Shown here: positions 53,622 to 64,000 of the stretch, in pieces
Numbering within the stretch: the stretch's first letter is position 1
Layout: the number at the start of each line of letters is the position of its first letter
Assembly: GCA_963792585.1 (NCBI GenBank)
Contig: CAWBWI010000002.1
Coordinates: forward strand, 160,001-224,000
DNA from: Candidatus Eiseniibacteriota bacterium
GTDB lineage: Bacteria; Eisenbacteria; RBG-16-71-46; CAIMUX01; VGJL01
Reading direction: 5' to 3'
Length of the DNA stretch: 64,000 nt
The notes under the pieces: generated by a model
What the model was told of the DNA's origin: nothing
Seen by the model: the letters and a program-made list of their open reading frames with translations, nothing else
The model's database searches: none
Translations under genes and position numbers: made by a program

Positions 53622-54008
53622 TCACTGCCGGTCGTGGGTGTGATGCTGACCTTGGTGATGGCCACAAGCCGTTTCCGGGGTCACCGGGCGGAGCGTTCCC
53701 GCTCTGAGTGCCGCCATGGTCTCCACGATGGTCGGCTGCTCCGAGAGAAACACCTGGATCCCGGCGCTCACCAGTTTGCTCAGGGCGCCCATGCCGATAC
53801 CCCCGACTACCATGCCGTCGAATTGCTCGCCTTGAAGAGAAGCGAGCGGGGTGCACATGCCGTGCGCGTGATGTTGGTTGTTGTTCCGAATCGCCCGAAA
53901 GTCCCCCGAGTCCGCGTCGACGATCATGAAGAGCGGCGCGGATCCGAAGTGCGCGCAGACCGGGCTATTGAGCCCTTGGTCTTCATTGACGGGAATGCAG
54001 AGTTTCAT
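53622..54008 (-). CDS. NifB/NifX-family (FeMo-co/Fe-S binding) protein
   Basis: MKLCIP..HFGSAPLF..GGIG.GA; His-rich tail. Confidence 0.88.
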   Translation of the reverse strand: MKLCIPVNEDQGLNSPVCAHFGSAPLFMIVDADSGDFRAIRNNNQHHAHGMCTPLASLQGEQFDGMVVGGIGMGALSKLVSAGIQVFLSEQPTIVETMAALRAGTLRPVTPETACGHHQGQHHTHDRQ

Positions 54009-54388
54009 GACTGGTTCTCCTCCGGTGGTTTCTTGCCGCGACTGCCCGCGTCGGAACGCTTGGTATCCCGATCGTGCAGCCGACAGCATCGGTGGGCTCC
54101 CATGTGGATCGGACCACCCTCGATCCGGAGAGCCTTTCCGTGGACGAGGGCGTCAGCCACTTTCCGGTGCGCCGAATCGGCGATCCGGCTGAAAGTGGGC
54201 CTGGAAATCTTCATCTTCTCGGCCGCCTGCTCCTGATAGAGCCCATCGAGATCCGCGAGCCTCAGAGCCTCGAATTCGTCGAGGGTCATCACGATCTCCT
54301 CGAGCTCCGTAACGGGAATGCCAATCGGCTTGAAGATCGAAGCGGCGGGCTTTCCGGCGATGCTCCGGTTGCAGAAGGGTCTGGCCAC
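54005..54388 (-). CDS. DUF134 family DNA-binding protein
   Basis: ARP..FKP.G..DEFEALRLADLDGLYQEQAA..MKISRPTF.R..KVADALV.GKAL.IEGG. Confidence 0.92.
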   Translation of the reverse strand: MARPFCNRSIAGKPAASIFKPIGIPVTELEEIVMTLDEFEALRLADLDGLYQEQAAEKMKISRPTFSRIADSAHRKVADALVHGKALRIEGGPIHMGAHRCCRLHDRDTKRSDAGSRGKKPPEENQS

Positions 54389-54510
54389 TCCCGCACCTCC
54401 CGATTCCATTGGGTACCCACGTGAATTGCATGACAGGACCAGGACAGCGGCTCCGATCGACTCCCGAAGCGGGAGAAAGACGTGGACAGATTCGCGTCCT
54501 CAGATCTATA

Positions 54511-54537
54511 TTACGGACATAAGTTCATAACAGTCAA
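54511..54537 (-). promoter_or_regulatory. Imperfect palindrome and -35 in the DUF134/thioesterase divergent region
   Basis: TTACGGACATAAGTTCATAA (14/20 self-complementary); minus strand TTGACT-18 nt-TAATAT. Confidence 0.5.
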
Positions 54538-54589
54538 CCTCGAAAGTGCCGCCCTTGGCGCGACCGAGGCTGCACATCGGCAGGAGCTC

Positions 54590-55030
54590 ATGGAACCCGA
54601 GCGACGTAGCGCATCCTTGATCACCGGCTACGACCACGACGAGTGCCTGGTCTGCGGGTACAGGAACCCATGGTCGTGGGGCATGCGGTACGAGCAGGAG
54701 GAGAGCGCCGCAGTCTGCGGACGCTTCCAGGGGAACGCTCGGCTGCAGGGATACCAAGGCATTCTTCATGGGGGCGTGCTCGCGGCACTCCTCGATTCCG
54801 CGATGGCGCATTGCCTGTTTCATCGTGGTGTGCAGGGGGTGACCGGCGATCTCCACGTGCGGTTCGTGCAGCCTGTCTCCTGCGAGGCAACACTCGATGT
54901 CCGAGCGCATCTCGTATCCGCGGCGGCACCGCTGTACTACCTGAAGGCCGAACTCCTCGACGACGGACGGATCATGGCCTGGGCCGAAGCCACCTTCATG
55001 GAGCGCAGCCGCGCCAACGGGAATGCCTGA
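54590..55030 (+). CDS. PaaI/hotdog-fold thioesterase
   Basis: CLVCG..NP.., QGYQGILHGGVLAALLD, VTGDL.VRF. Confidence 0.88.
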   Translation: MEPERRSASLITGYDHDECLVCGYRNPWSWGMRYEQEESAAVCGRFQGNARLQGYQGILHGGVLAALLDSAMAHCLFHRGVQGVTGDLHVRFVQPVSCEATLDVRAHLVSAAAPLYYLKAELLDDGRIMAWAEATFMERSRANGNA

Positions 55031-55640
55031 GTCCGGACCTGTCGCGGAGGGGAAGAGGAACTCCTTCCTTCGCCGAACCCAGAAGTACCTGGACCACGGT
55101 TACGATCGCCATGCGGCCGCCGCGTACGTCGCGCGGCTGACCGGCCGGGCCACAAGTCCCGCCCTGGATATCGGAACCGGAAAGGGACTTCTCGCTATCG
55201 CCCTCGCCCGGAACGGGCTCCATGTCGTGTCCGGCGACGTGAGTACGACAGACTCCGATCTTGCGGCGCTGCTGGCCGAGGAGGCCGGGGTCACAACCCG
55301 AATCAAGTTCTCTATTCTGGATGCTTCGAGTCTTCCCTTTCGTGACGGTTGCTTCGGATGTATCGCGATGATGGATGTGCTGCATCATCTCGAGGAAGGG
55401 GAGCCGGTGTTCACGGAAGTCAGGCGGACACTCCGACGAGGCGGTACCCTCGTCGTCGCCGACTTCACCCGGGAGGGATTCGACCTCATCGCCCGTGTGC
55501 ACCGCGAGGACGGTGGAGAACATCCTGTCGGCTCGGTGACCCTGGACTGGGCATCCAACCGGCTTCAAGAAGGGGGCCTCATCCGAAGGTCCGATACGAC
55601 GGCTCACCTGCAGAGGGTCATCGTGTACTTCAATCCATGA
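55023..55640 (+). CDS. Class I SAM-dependent methyltransferase
   Basis: LDIGTGKG, DASSLPF, VLHH, LRRGG. Confidence 0.88.
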   Translation: MPESGPVAEGKRNSFLRRTQKYLDHGYDRHAAAAYVARLTGRATSPALDIGTGKGLLAIALARNGLHVVSGDVSTTDSDLAALLAEEAGVTTRIKFSILDASSLPFRDGCFGCIAMMDVLHHLEEGEPVFTEVRRTLRRGGTLVVADFTREGFDLIARVHREDGGEHPVGSVTLDWASNRLQEGGLIRRSDTTAHLQRVIVYFNP

Positions 55641-55675
55641 ATGCACCAGGCGACGCCATCCCTGGGGGGAGATCG

Positions 55676-57373
55676 ATGACGGAGATCAAGAGGATCTTGA
55701 TTGTTGGCGGCGTCGCGGGAGGCGCATCCGCCGCGACCCGTGCTCGCCGGCTGTCCGAAGCCGCCGAGATCGTGCTGTTCGAGCGGGGGCCCTATGTGTC
55801 GTTCGCCAACTGCGGGCTACCCTATCACGTCGGCGGCGCGATCCAGGATCGCAAGCGGCTCCTCGTCCAGACCCCCGAAGGTCTCTATGCCCGGTACGAC
55901 ATCGACGTGCGGGTCAACACGGAAGTGGTGTCCATCGACCGCCGGGCGCAGGAGGTCGTGGTCAGGGATCTGCGAGATGGGCGGGAGTCCCGTGAGCCGT
56001 ACGATGCTTTGGTGCTGAGCCCGGGCGCGGAGCCGATCCGCCCGCAGATTCCGGGGACCGACGACCCTTGCGTGTTCACCTTCCGCAACATGCGCGACAT
56101 GGATGCAATCGTCCATGCCCTGGACGCGGCTACGCAGCGCAAGGCCCTCATCGTCGGCGCGGGCTACATCGGGTTGGAGATGGCCGAAGCCATGCGACAC
56201 CGGGGCATGGCGGTGGTGCTCGTGGAGAAGCTGGAACACGTGATGGGGGTGGCGGACCCGGAGATGGTGGCGCCTCTGCACGCGGAGTTGTTGCGTCAGG
56301 GAGTTGAATTGCGATTGGGCGCGTCCGTCGTCGCCTTCGAACGTCAAGGCGATCATCTGGAGGCCGTGTTGTCGGGTGACCAACGCATATCCTGCGGATT
56401 GGCCTTGCTCGCCGTGGGCGTCCGGCCGGAAACGACGCTGGCGAAGGATGCGGGTCTGGAGCTAGGGGTCACCGGCGGCATCTTGGTGAATGCGCGCATG
56501 AAGACCAGTGATTCGTGCATCTGGGCGGTGGGTGATGCAATCGAGGTTCGCGACCTGGTCGCGGATCAGCCCGCGCTCATTCCGCTTGCCGGGCCGGCCA
56601 ACCGCCAGGGACGCATCGCCGCCGATAACATCCTGGGACGGGACAGCCGTTACAGGGCAACGCAGGGCACGGCGATCTGCAAGGTCTTCGACCTTGCCTT
56701 TGCCATGACGGGCTTGACGGAGTCGAGCCTGCTCCGACTCGATCGGGGCTATAGCCGGATCTACGTACATCCCGCGGACCACGCGGCCTACTACCCCGGC
56801 GCCCATCCCATCTCGATGAAGTTGCTCTTCGATCCTGCGGATGGGCGGATCTTGGGGGCGCAGGCCGTCGGGGTCTCGGGCGTCGACAAACGGATCGACG
56901 TTCTTGCCGTTGCGATTCGTGCGGAGATGACGGTCTTCGATCTCGAGGATCTCGAACTCTGCTACGCGCCCCCATTCGGCAGCGCCAAGGACGCAGTGAA
57001 CATGGCCGGCTTTGTCGCTTCCAATGTCTTGCGCGCGGACGCGGCCTTGTGGGAACCCGAGGAGCTTGATGGCTTGGGGCCGGACCGGTTGCTGCTGGAT
57101 GTACGAACCTTCCAAGAGCACGCCGACGGGACGATCCCGGGAGCCGTATGCGCGCCATTGGATGAGCTGAGGGACCGACTGGACGACCTTCCGCGCGAGA
57201 AGGAGTTGCTGGTCTTCTGCCAGGTCGGGTTGAGAGGATACGTAGCCTCGCGGCTTCTCACGCAACGCGGATTCAGGGTTCGTAACCTCTCGGGAGGGTA
57301 CAAACGTTATCAGATGTGGAAAGGGGAGATCGCTATCCCGCTCTCCGCGGAAGTCGAGATCCGGGAGGAATGA
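55676..57373 (+). CDS. CoA-disulfide/persulfide reductase with C-terminal rhodanese (CoADR-RHD/Npsr-like)
   Basis: GGVAGGASAA, SFANCGLPY, GAGYIG, LCYAPPF, LDVR..FCQVGLRG. Confidence 0.92.
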   Translation: MTEIKRILIVGGVAGGASAATRARRLSEAAEIVLFERGPYVSFANCGLPYHVGGAIQDRKRLLVQTPEGLYARYDIDVRVNTEVVSIDRRAQEVVVRDLRDGRESREPYDALVLSPGAEPIRPQIPGTDDPCVFTFRNMRDMDAIVHALDAATQRKALIVGAGYIGLEMAEAMRHRGMAVVLVEKLEHVMGVADPEMVAPLHAELLRQGVELRLGASVVAFERQGDHLEAVLSGDQRISCGLALLAVGVRPETTLAKDAGLELGVTGGILVNARMKTSDSCIWAVGDAIEVRDLVADQPALIPLAGPANRQGRIAADNILGRDSRYRATQGTAICKVFDLAFAMTGLTESSLLRLDRGYSRIYVHPADHAAYYPGAHPISMKLLFDPADGRILGAQAVGVSGVDKRIDVLAVAIRAEMTVFDLEDLELCYAPPFGSAKDAVNMAGFVASNVLRADAALWEPEELDGLGPDRLLLDVRTFQEHADGTIPGAVCAPLDELRDRLDDLPREKELLVFCQVGLRGYVASRLLTQRGFRVRNLSGGYKRYQMWKGEIAIPLSAEVEIREE

Positions 57374-57465
57374 GGTCCTTTCCTCGCGCGGCACCCACGC
57401 GGGGCATTCCGTCCATCATACCGTCTACGCTGTTGCAGCAAAGCGCCTGAGGGGATCGCGTCTAG

Positions 57466-59180
57466 CCCGGATTTCTCACCAAGGGGAATAGCAACGGGCG
57501 GACAGATTCGTTAAAAGGGTGTTGTCTACGCACCTACAACGAATCATGAGGTCCGCCCGATGCAGACACACTGTAACTCCGCTCAACTCGCGTTCCAACC
57601 CCTTGGTCGTCGAATCGTAGAGGCCGCTTTCGACGCGGGTCATGTGACTAGCGACGCGGGCGGCCTCCTGCTTCGAGAGATCGCTTCCACCACGCGGATG
57701 ATGGAGCGGATCGCCTCCTGCTTCACCGACGCCCGTGATCCTGCCCGGGCTGAGCATTCCCTCGACGGTCTGATTGCCCAGAGGATTTATGGCCTGGCCC
57801 TCGGCTACGAGGACCTCAACGACCACGATCAGCTCCGTCGGGATCCCCTGCTTGCCGTTCTGGTGGGCAAGACCGACCCGGATGGCCAGGATCGGGTCCG
57901 AGAGCGGGACCGGGGCTGCGCCCTGGCCGGCAAGAGCACTCTGAATCGGTTGGAGCACACTCCTCCCACCGAGCGGGATCGTTATCACCGGATCGCCTAC
58001 GACTCTGGAAAGCTCGACCGATTGCTGGTGGATCTGTTCCTGGAGTCCTACGATCACGCCCCTCGACAGATCATTCTGGATCTGGACGCTACGGATGACC
58101 CGGTGCACGGATCCCAGGAGGAGCGGTTCTTCCACGGCTACTACGGGCACTACTGCTTTCTGCCGCTCTACGCTTTCTGCGGGGAGCACCTGCTCCTGGC
58201 CCGATTGCGGCCGTCGAACATCGATGCCTCTGCGGGGACTGTCAAGGAGTTGGCGCCCATCATTCATCAGATCTGGCAGCGGTGGCCGAGAACCCAGATC
58301 GTCTTGCGTGCGGATTCAGGCTTTGCACGGGAAGAGATCATGGTTTGGTGTGAGGAACAGGGCGTCGACTACGTCTTTGGGTTGGCGAAGAACTCTCGGT
58401 TGATCCGCAAGATTGCCCGGGAGTTGAAACGGGCCCTGAAACGCTATGGCCGGACAGGAAAGCCTGCCCGATTCTTCCGGGACTTCCTTTACCGGACCCG
58501 AGAGAGCTGGAGTCGATCTCGACGGGTGGTAGGGAAAGCGGAGCATCTGGAGAAGGGGAGCAATCCGAGATTCGTGGTGACCTCTCTTGAATCGGCACCA
58601 GCCCGGGATCTCTACGAAGCCATCTACTGCGCCCGCGGCGAGATGGAGAACCGGATCAAAGAACAACAGCTGGATCTGTTTGCCGACCGGACGAGCGCGA
58701 CCAGCATGCGGTCGAATCAGTTGCGACTCTATTTCTCGAGCTTTGCCTACGTCCTGCTGCAGTACCTGCGGCGCGTCGGACTGCGGGGAACGGAACTGGC
58801 GCGAGCTCAGTGCGGGACGATCCGTCTGAAACTCCTGAAGATCGGCGCCCTCATCGCGGTGAGTGTCCGCCGGATCCGTTTCCGGATGGCCAGCGGCTAT
58901 CCACATGCCGACCTGTTCCGCCAAGTGATGGAAAACCTACGACACGATCCGAGTCCAGGCTAATCCCCGAAGGTCCCCGAACACCAAAGATCCGCGTCGA
59001 TTACGGAGACAAGGGAGGAGTCTGCCTCGGGCGGACTGGCGCACCTCCCAGGACGCCAGATTCCGGTCTCATGATCGGGAATCGAACGGCGGATGCGCGA
59101 CGAGGGGCGCGAGAGAGGATCCATCGTCCTCCGGCACGCCCCTCGATCAGCTTCTTCCTACACCTGGTGAGAAATGCGGG
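57466..59180 (+). mobile_element. IS1380-family insertion sequence, copy 2
   Basis: Same IRs and CTAG flanks as copy 1; all track ORFs are identical at an offset of 42649. Confidence 0.93.
57560..58963 (+). CDS. IS1380-family DDE transposase
   Basis: Protein identical to 14911-16314. Confidence 0.95.
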   Translation: MQTHCNSAQLAFQPLGRRIVEAAFDAGHVTSDAGGLLLREIASTTRMMERIASCFTDARDPARAEHSLDGLIAQRIYGLALGYEDLNDHDQLRRDPLLAVLVGKTDPDGQDRVRERDRGCALAGKSTLNRLEHTPPTERDRYHRIAYDSGKLDRLLVDLFLESYDHAPRQIILDLDATDDPVHGSQEERFFHGYYGHYCFLPLYAFCGEHLLLARLRPSNIDASAGTVKELAPIIHQIWQRWPRTQIVLRADSGFAREEIMVWCEEQGVDYVFGLAKNSRLIRKIARELKRALKRYGRTGKPARFFRDFLYRTRESWSRSRRVVGKAEHLEKGSNPRFVVTSLESAPARDLYEAIYCARGEMENRIKEQQLDLFADRTSATSMRSNQLRLYFSSFAYVLLQYLRRVGLRGTELARAQCGTIRLKLLKIGALIAVSVRRIRFRMASGYPHADLFRQVMENLRHDPSPG

Positions 59181-59636
59181 CTAGCGGCTCCGGTCTCGAG
59201 ATCCGTTGCGATTGAAACGACCGATACCCGACCGGCGCCCGCTGACTTCCTTCGATTCGGTGTTTACGGAAGAGTTGGATCGACCGCGACGGCCAGGCGG
59301 CTCGCGTGTGATGGCTCCATGCGGGCGTATGAGCCGTCCGAGCGAATCGGGGAGTCGATAGGTCCGGCGGGCATTCACAGCCGGCCGCGTAGGATGGGCT
59401 TGATCCAGCCGGAAAGGAAGGCGGCGACTTGTCGTGTAAACCATCCAAGAAGCCACTTCGTGCCTGACTGGCGGTGACCTGCCGATGGGCCAGCCCTGGG
59501 GGGCGCCCCCGCACAGCCATCTGGCGCCGGACCCCCGTCCCGTGGTTTCATCTGCGGTTGCTCGGCCCGGCACGCGCCGGGCCCGACGATGGCAAGCGGC
59601 TCGCAAGATTCCACTGCAGAAAGGAGTCTCACCGAC

Positions 59637-60502
59637 ATGAGACGGTCCCATATGATCCCAGCGGCTCTCCTTCTGGCCGTCGGCGTCCTCGCCGGCGCCT
59701 CCCACGGCGCCGAACTCAAGCTGCCTCGCCCCAGCCAGAAGGCTCAGGTCATGCAGACCGTGGGCCTCACCGATGTCACGATCACCTACAGCCGGCCCGG
59801 TGTGAAGGGGCGGGTGATCTGGGGCGAGCTCGTTCCCTACGACAAGGTGTGGCGTACGGGTGCGAACGAGGCCACCACCATCGTCTTCTCCACCGACGTG
59901 AAGGTGAACGGGCATGCCCTGAAGGCTGGAACCTACAGCCTGCACACCATTCCCACGAAGGACGAGTGGACGGTGATCTTCAACACCAAGGCCGACCAGT
60001 GGGGGAGCTACGCCTACAACGACAGCGCCGATGCGCTCCGGATCAAGGTCAAGACCCAGCCCCACGAGTTCACGGAGTGGATGCAGTTCAGCCTCCCGGC
60101 CATCGCGGTGGAGAAGGCCACGGTCGCTCTCGACTGGGAGAAGCTCCGGGTCCCGTTCGAGATCGAGGCGAACACGATCGAGGTGGGCCTCGCCAATGCC
60201 CGCGCCGCGATGGCGTCGCTGGCGCCGGAAGACCACCAGACCGCGTTCCGATGCGCCAGCTTCGCCTTCCAGAGCAATGTCGCCCTGGGCGAGGCCAAGC
60301 AGTGGGTCGACAAGTCGATCTCCATCAAGGAGACCTGGCTCAACCTGCGCTTGAAGGCGGACATGCTCGCGAAGGAAGGCAAGCCGGCGGAGGCCATCGC
60401 GTTCGCGGCAGCGCGCGATCGAGAAGGGCAAGCAGGACGCGCCGCCCGACGAGGTCACGAAGATCGAGAAGCAGGTCGTCGGAGTGGAAGGCGAAGATGT
60501 GA
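59637..60502 (+). CDS. DUF2911 family secreted protein; frameshift(s) near the 3' end
   Basis: PRPSQ.A.V.Q.VGLTDV.I.YSRP.VKGR.IWG.LVPY.KVWRTGANEAT; likely true end EWKAKM* at 60502. Confidence 0.85.
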
Positions 60503-60509
60503 TCTCGCG

Positions 60510-62213
60510 GGAGCGAGGGGCGGCCCCGCCGCCCGCCCGGAAGGAGATCACCAGGGCGATGGCGATGGTCACGAGGCAGCCGATCACGTTGTACCAGAGA
60601 AACGAGATCTTCGATGGCGGCGAAGCAGAGGATGACGGCGGCCTCGCCGACCAGCGCCCCGATGAAGACGGCCGTTCCCCGGACGCGTTTGAAGTAGAAC
60701 GCGAGCAGGAAGATGCCCGAGGATCGTGCCGTAGAAGAGCGATCCGAGGATGTTCACCGCCTCTACCAGCGATCCGAGCCGGTTGGCGTACTCCGCGAAC
60801 AGAATGGCCAGGCCGCCCCAGACGACGGTCGCGGCCTTCGAGACCGCGACGAGGTGCCGATCCGATCTCTCACGTTTCCCGAATCGACGGTAGAAGTCGA
60901 CGATCGTGGTCGAGGCGAGGGCGTTGAGTTCCGAGGCGGTGGACGACATGGAGGCGGCGAAGATCATGGCCAGCACGAGGCCGACGACGCCGACCGGGAG
61001 ATACCGGAGCACGAACGTTAGGAAGATGTAGTTCACGTCGTTCCCGTCCGAGCGCGGATTGACCTGGCGCACGATCTCCTTGGCCTGCTCGCGCACCTCC
61101 GAGGGCCTCGGCCTGGATGCCGGCGACCGACGTCGCGGCCGCCTTCTCGCCGGCCGCGTCGCCGGCGCGACGCGCCTCGAGCATGCGCCTGGATCTCCGC
61201 CTGCTTCGTCTCGGAGAGGACGTCGTATTTCTCTTGCAGCACGTGGAACTCGCCCGCGCGCGCGCTGGCCTCGACCCGCTTCGTCTCCACGGGATTGAAG
61301 TAGACCGGGGTCGGGTTGAACTGGTGGAAGACGAAGACCATGGCGCCGATGAAGAGGATCACGAACTGCATCGGCACCTTGACGATGCCGTTGAAGAGGA
61401 GCCCGATGCGGCTCTGGGCCACGGACTGCCCGGAGATGTAGCGGCCCACCTGCGATTGGTCGGTCCCGAAGTAGGAGAGGGCGAGGAAGAAGCCGCCGAT
61501 GAGACCGGACCAGAAGGTGTAGCGGTTGGTCCAGCTCGAAGGAGAAGTCGATCGCGTTGAGGCGGCCCATGCGGCCGGCTACGTGGACCGCGTCGCCGAA
61601 GGAGACGCTCTTGGGGAGAAGCGACAGCGCGATGACCAGGGTGGTGACCATGCCGCCCGAAGATGATGACCATCTGCCAGAAGTTGGTGTGCGCTACGGC
61701 CTTGGTGCCGCCGGAAGCGGTGTAGATGATGACCAGGACGCCGATGACCAGGTTGGTGACGTACAGATTCCAGCCCAGCAGCACCGAGAGGACGACGGCC
61801 GGCGCGTAGATGGTCAGCCCGCAGGCGAGCCCCCGCTGGACGAGGAAGAGGAGGGCGGCCAGGCTCCGCACCTTGACGTCGAAGCGGCGCTCGAGGAACT
61901 CGTAGGCGGTGTAGACCTTGAGCTTGCGGTAGAGCGGGACGACGGTCACCGAGAGCACGATCATGGCGAGCGGAAGGCCGAAGTAGAACTGCACGAAGCG
62001 CATGCCGTCCACGTAGGCCTGGCCGGGCGTGGAGATGAAGGTGATGGCGCTCGCCTGGGTCGCCATGATGGAGAAGGCGACCGTGTACCAGCGCATGCTG
62101 CGGTCGCCAAGGATGTAGCCGTCGAGGTCGCGGTTCCGGCGCCCCTTCCACACGCCGTAGGCGACGATGAAGACGAGCGAGGCGGCGAGAACCAGCCAGT
62201 CGAAACCTCTCAC
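60510..62213 (-). CDS. Sodium:solute symporter (SSF), multiple frameshifts, 3' end approximate
   Basis: MATQASAITFISTPGQ, TAYEFLERRF, QSRIGLLFNG, AASMSSTASELNAL, NILGSLFYG across frames. Confidence 0.85.
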
Positions 62214-62350
62214 GAGAAGGCCCTCGTGAAGGCGTAGAAGAGGAGAATCAGGAGCGCCAGGTTAAGCAGGACGACCGCGTAGAGGACGTTCCAGCTCCGG
62301 CCGAAGGGCGGCGGGTCCTCGTCCGCCGGTTGGCGCTGCCGCTCCCTCAT
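62210..62350 (-). CDS. Small membrane protein accompanying the SSF gene
   Basis: MRERQRQPADEDPPPFGRSWNVLYAVVLLNLALLILLFYAFTRAFS; overlaps both neighbours by 4 bp. Confidence 0.7.
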   Translation of the reverse strand: MRERQRQPADEDPPPFGRSWNVLYAVVLLNLALLILLFYAFTRAFS

Positions 62351-64000
62351 CCGCGCGCCGACACCAGGTTGACGAAGAGGCGATAGGCTCCCGGCACCCC
62401 GGCCGGCAGCTGTCGGAAGAACGCGTACCCCGTGTAGATGAAGATTCCCTTCCCGTGACGCGCCCACAGGAGCCCGCCCGCCGCCGGATTCTCTCCCGGA
62501 TCGGCGGAGGAGAGCACGGTCTTGTATTCGGGTCCCCACTCCGAGGCGAAGTAGAGTCCCCGTTCCTGCACCCAACCCTCGAAATCTCGCTCGGTGATTC
62601 GATTCGGCGTGGTCAGAAGCGGGCTCGCGGGATCGACGAACTCGACGGGCGCGTCCTCGACGGTGACCCGGTCTCGGCCGAGCTTGAGCGGGTAGGGCGC
62701 GAACGCCTGGTGGAGGGTCTGATCGGCCGTGTTGTACTGCACGACGAGCGTTCCTCCCTTCTCGACGTACTCGAGAAGTCGTTGTGAACTGCGCTTGAGC
62801 GCCGTCGCGGGAGTTGTAGGCGCGCACTCCCACCACGATGGCGTCGTACCCGGAGAGATCTCCCGGAGACGAGGGCATCGTCATCGAGGAGCGTGACTCG
62901 GTAGCCGGCCTGGGTCAGGGCGGCCGGGACGTCGTCGCCCGGGCCCATGATGTATCCGACCGAGTCGCCCACGCGCGAGAGTTCCAGCCTGCACGGCATG
63001 GGCGCGGGCTTCAGGGAAGAGGGTCTGGATGGGAATGTAGGGATAGATCGATCACGGTCATGCCGCGCGTGTAGGTCCGCTCTTCGGTCGAGAACTCCGC
63101 CTTGATCGTGCCCCCTTCCGGACCGGGGGTGACTTGGAAGACGACGTCACGGGCGTGTGCCCGGGGCCAGTTCGACCTCCTGTGTGACCGGATCGGACCG
63201 CCAGCCGGGTGGCAGGAGGAGACGGGCGCTTCCGTCGACGGTCTCGCTCGCCTCGAGGCGAAGCCGGACGGGTCGGACCGATGCGTCCGGGAAGAGATAG
63301 ACCTGCCTTCGTCCAACGCCAGCGTCACCTCGGGAGCGATGACCACCGGTCGGTAGAGTTCCCCGCGGACCCGATCGACCCATCGGTAGAGGACGGGGAT
63401 GGTGTAGTCGATCGACTGCCCCAGCGTCGCCACGGTGAACGTGACGCGGAGCGTGGGTTCGTTCTCGGGCGTTCCGATGAGCGCGGGATCCGCGACGTGG
63501 ATACAGGCCCCCCTCGACCGGTTCGCGCAGCCAGTAGGGCTGCGTCGCGCGCCAGTCGAGGTTCGTGGGCACGACGCTCCTGAGGGTCATCGTCACCGGC
63601 CGATTCTCCGCGAGCAGGGTGTCGACCTCGCTCTCGAGCCCGGCCGTCTCGGAGCGAACCGCCGTGAGCCGGAGCGCGCGCGCTGGAGCGGTTGATCGCG
63701 GTGACATCGACCTGGATGGAATCGCCGGGGGAGAGCGTGTGCCGCGTCGCCACCGCCTCGAGCCACAGGCCGGAGCAGGAGCGGATGACCTCGTCCAGTT
63801 CGCGTGCCTTGTGGCGGAGAAGGACGGCGTGGCTCCGCCCCGCCGGCGTGGCCAGCAGTCGCGCCAGAGCCTCCCGCGCCCTCACGAGCCCGGGCAGACT
63901 CGCCGCGGGATTGCTGGGATCGTGCATGCGGTGAACGGCTTGCAGGAGCTCGCCCACCTGCGCGCCCCCGGGGATCCGGTTCCAGGAAAGGTCGATGCCC
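62347..64000 (-). CDS. PIG-L/LmbE-family deacetylase-like protein, C-terminal part, multiple frameshifts, 5' end outside window
   Basis: SGLWLEA, QPYWL, VGYIMGPGDDVP, YDAIVVGVRAYN, QYNT, RVTVEDAPV, GWVQERGLYF, FFRQLPAGVPGAYRL across frames. Confidence 0.8.

Noticed and set aside
53622..54008. Nitrogen fixation
   Set aside because: NifX-like domains are common outside diazotrophs, and no nifHDK is present.

Overview
GC-rich bacterial window. Four secreted proteins carry a FlgD/T9SS-type C-terminal domain, which suggests an FCB-group lineage such as Ca. Eisenbacteria (inference). (1) About 1-23.7 kb looks like the right part of a genomic island ending in a displaced tmRNA 3' fragment (23690-23712). 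It holds an orphan KhpA gene and a complete type II-short CBASS (CD-NTase, E2, HNH-SAVED). Directly upstream of CBASS is a co-oriented XRE-HTH plus IrrE/ImmA peptidase pair (CapH/CapP-like), and its promoter and the CBASS promoter share an operator-like motif. The island also has an unexplained hypothetical plus divergent MfnB-like gene pair, a TIGR04141/DUF6119 gene, a subtilase facing a BsuPI-like lipoprotein, IS1380, a SIR2-like gene truncated by a nested IS3::IS30, and an IS256 relic. (2) About 23.8-44.3 kb holds an ECF sigma plus Ser/Thr kinase-ATPase-TPR pair, beta-propeller proteins (FG-GAP, LVIVD, PD40), a multicopper oxidase, an SQR-like flavoprotein and a CadC-like regulator. (3) About 44.4-57.4 kb is a sulfur redox cluster: Rrf2, octaheme tetrathionate-reductase-family cytochrome, heptaheme c/cytochrome b fusion, two YeeE/YedE genes (one fused to a Cys-less rhodanese and ending in a SoxY-like GGCG arm), MOCOS-like PLP enzyme, Met gamma-lyase-like enzyme, NifX-like, DUF134 and CoA-disulfide reductase-rhodanese. 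(4) A second IS1380 copy, DUF2911, a Na+:solute symporter and a PIG-L/LmbE-family gene follow. Many single-base frameshifts probably reflect sequencing or assembly indels. All calls come from motif recognition by eye; no searches were run.
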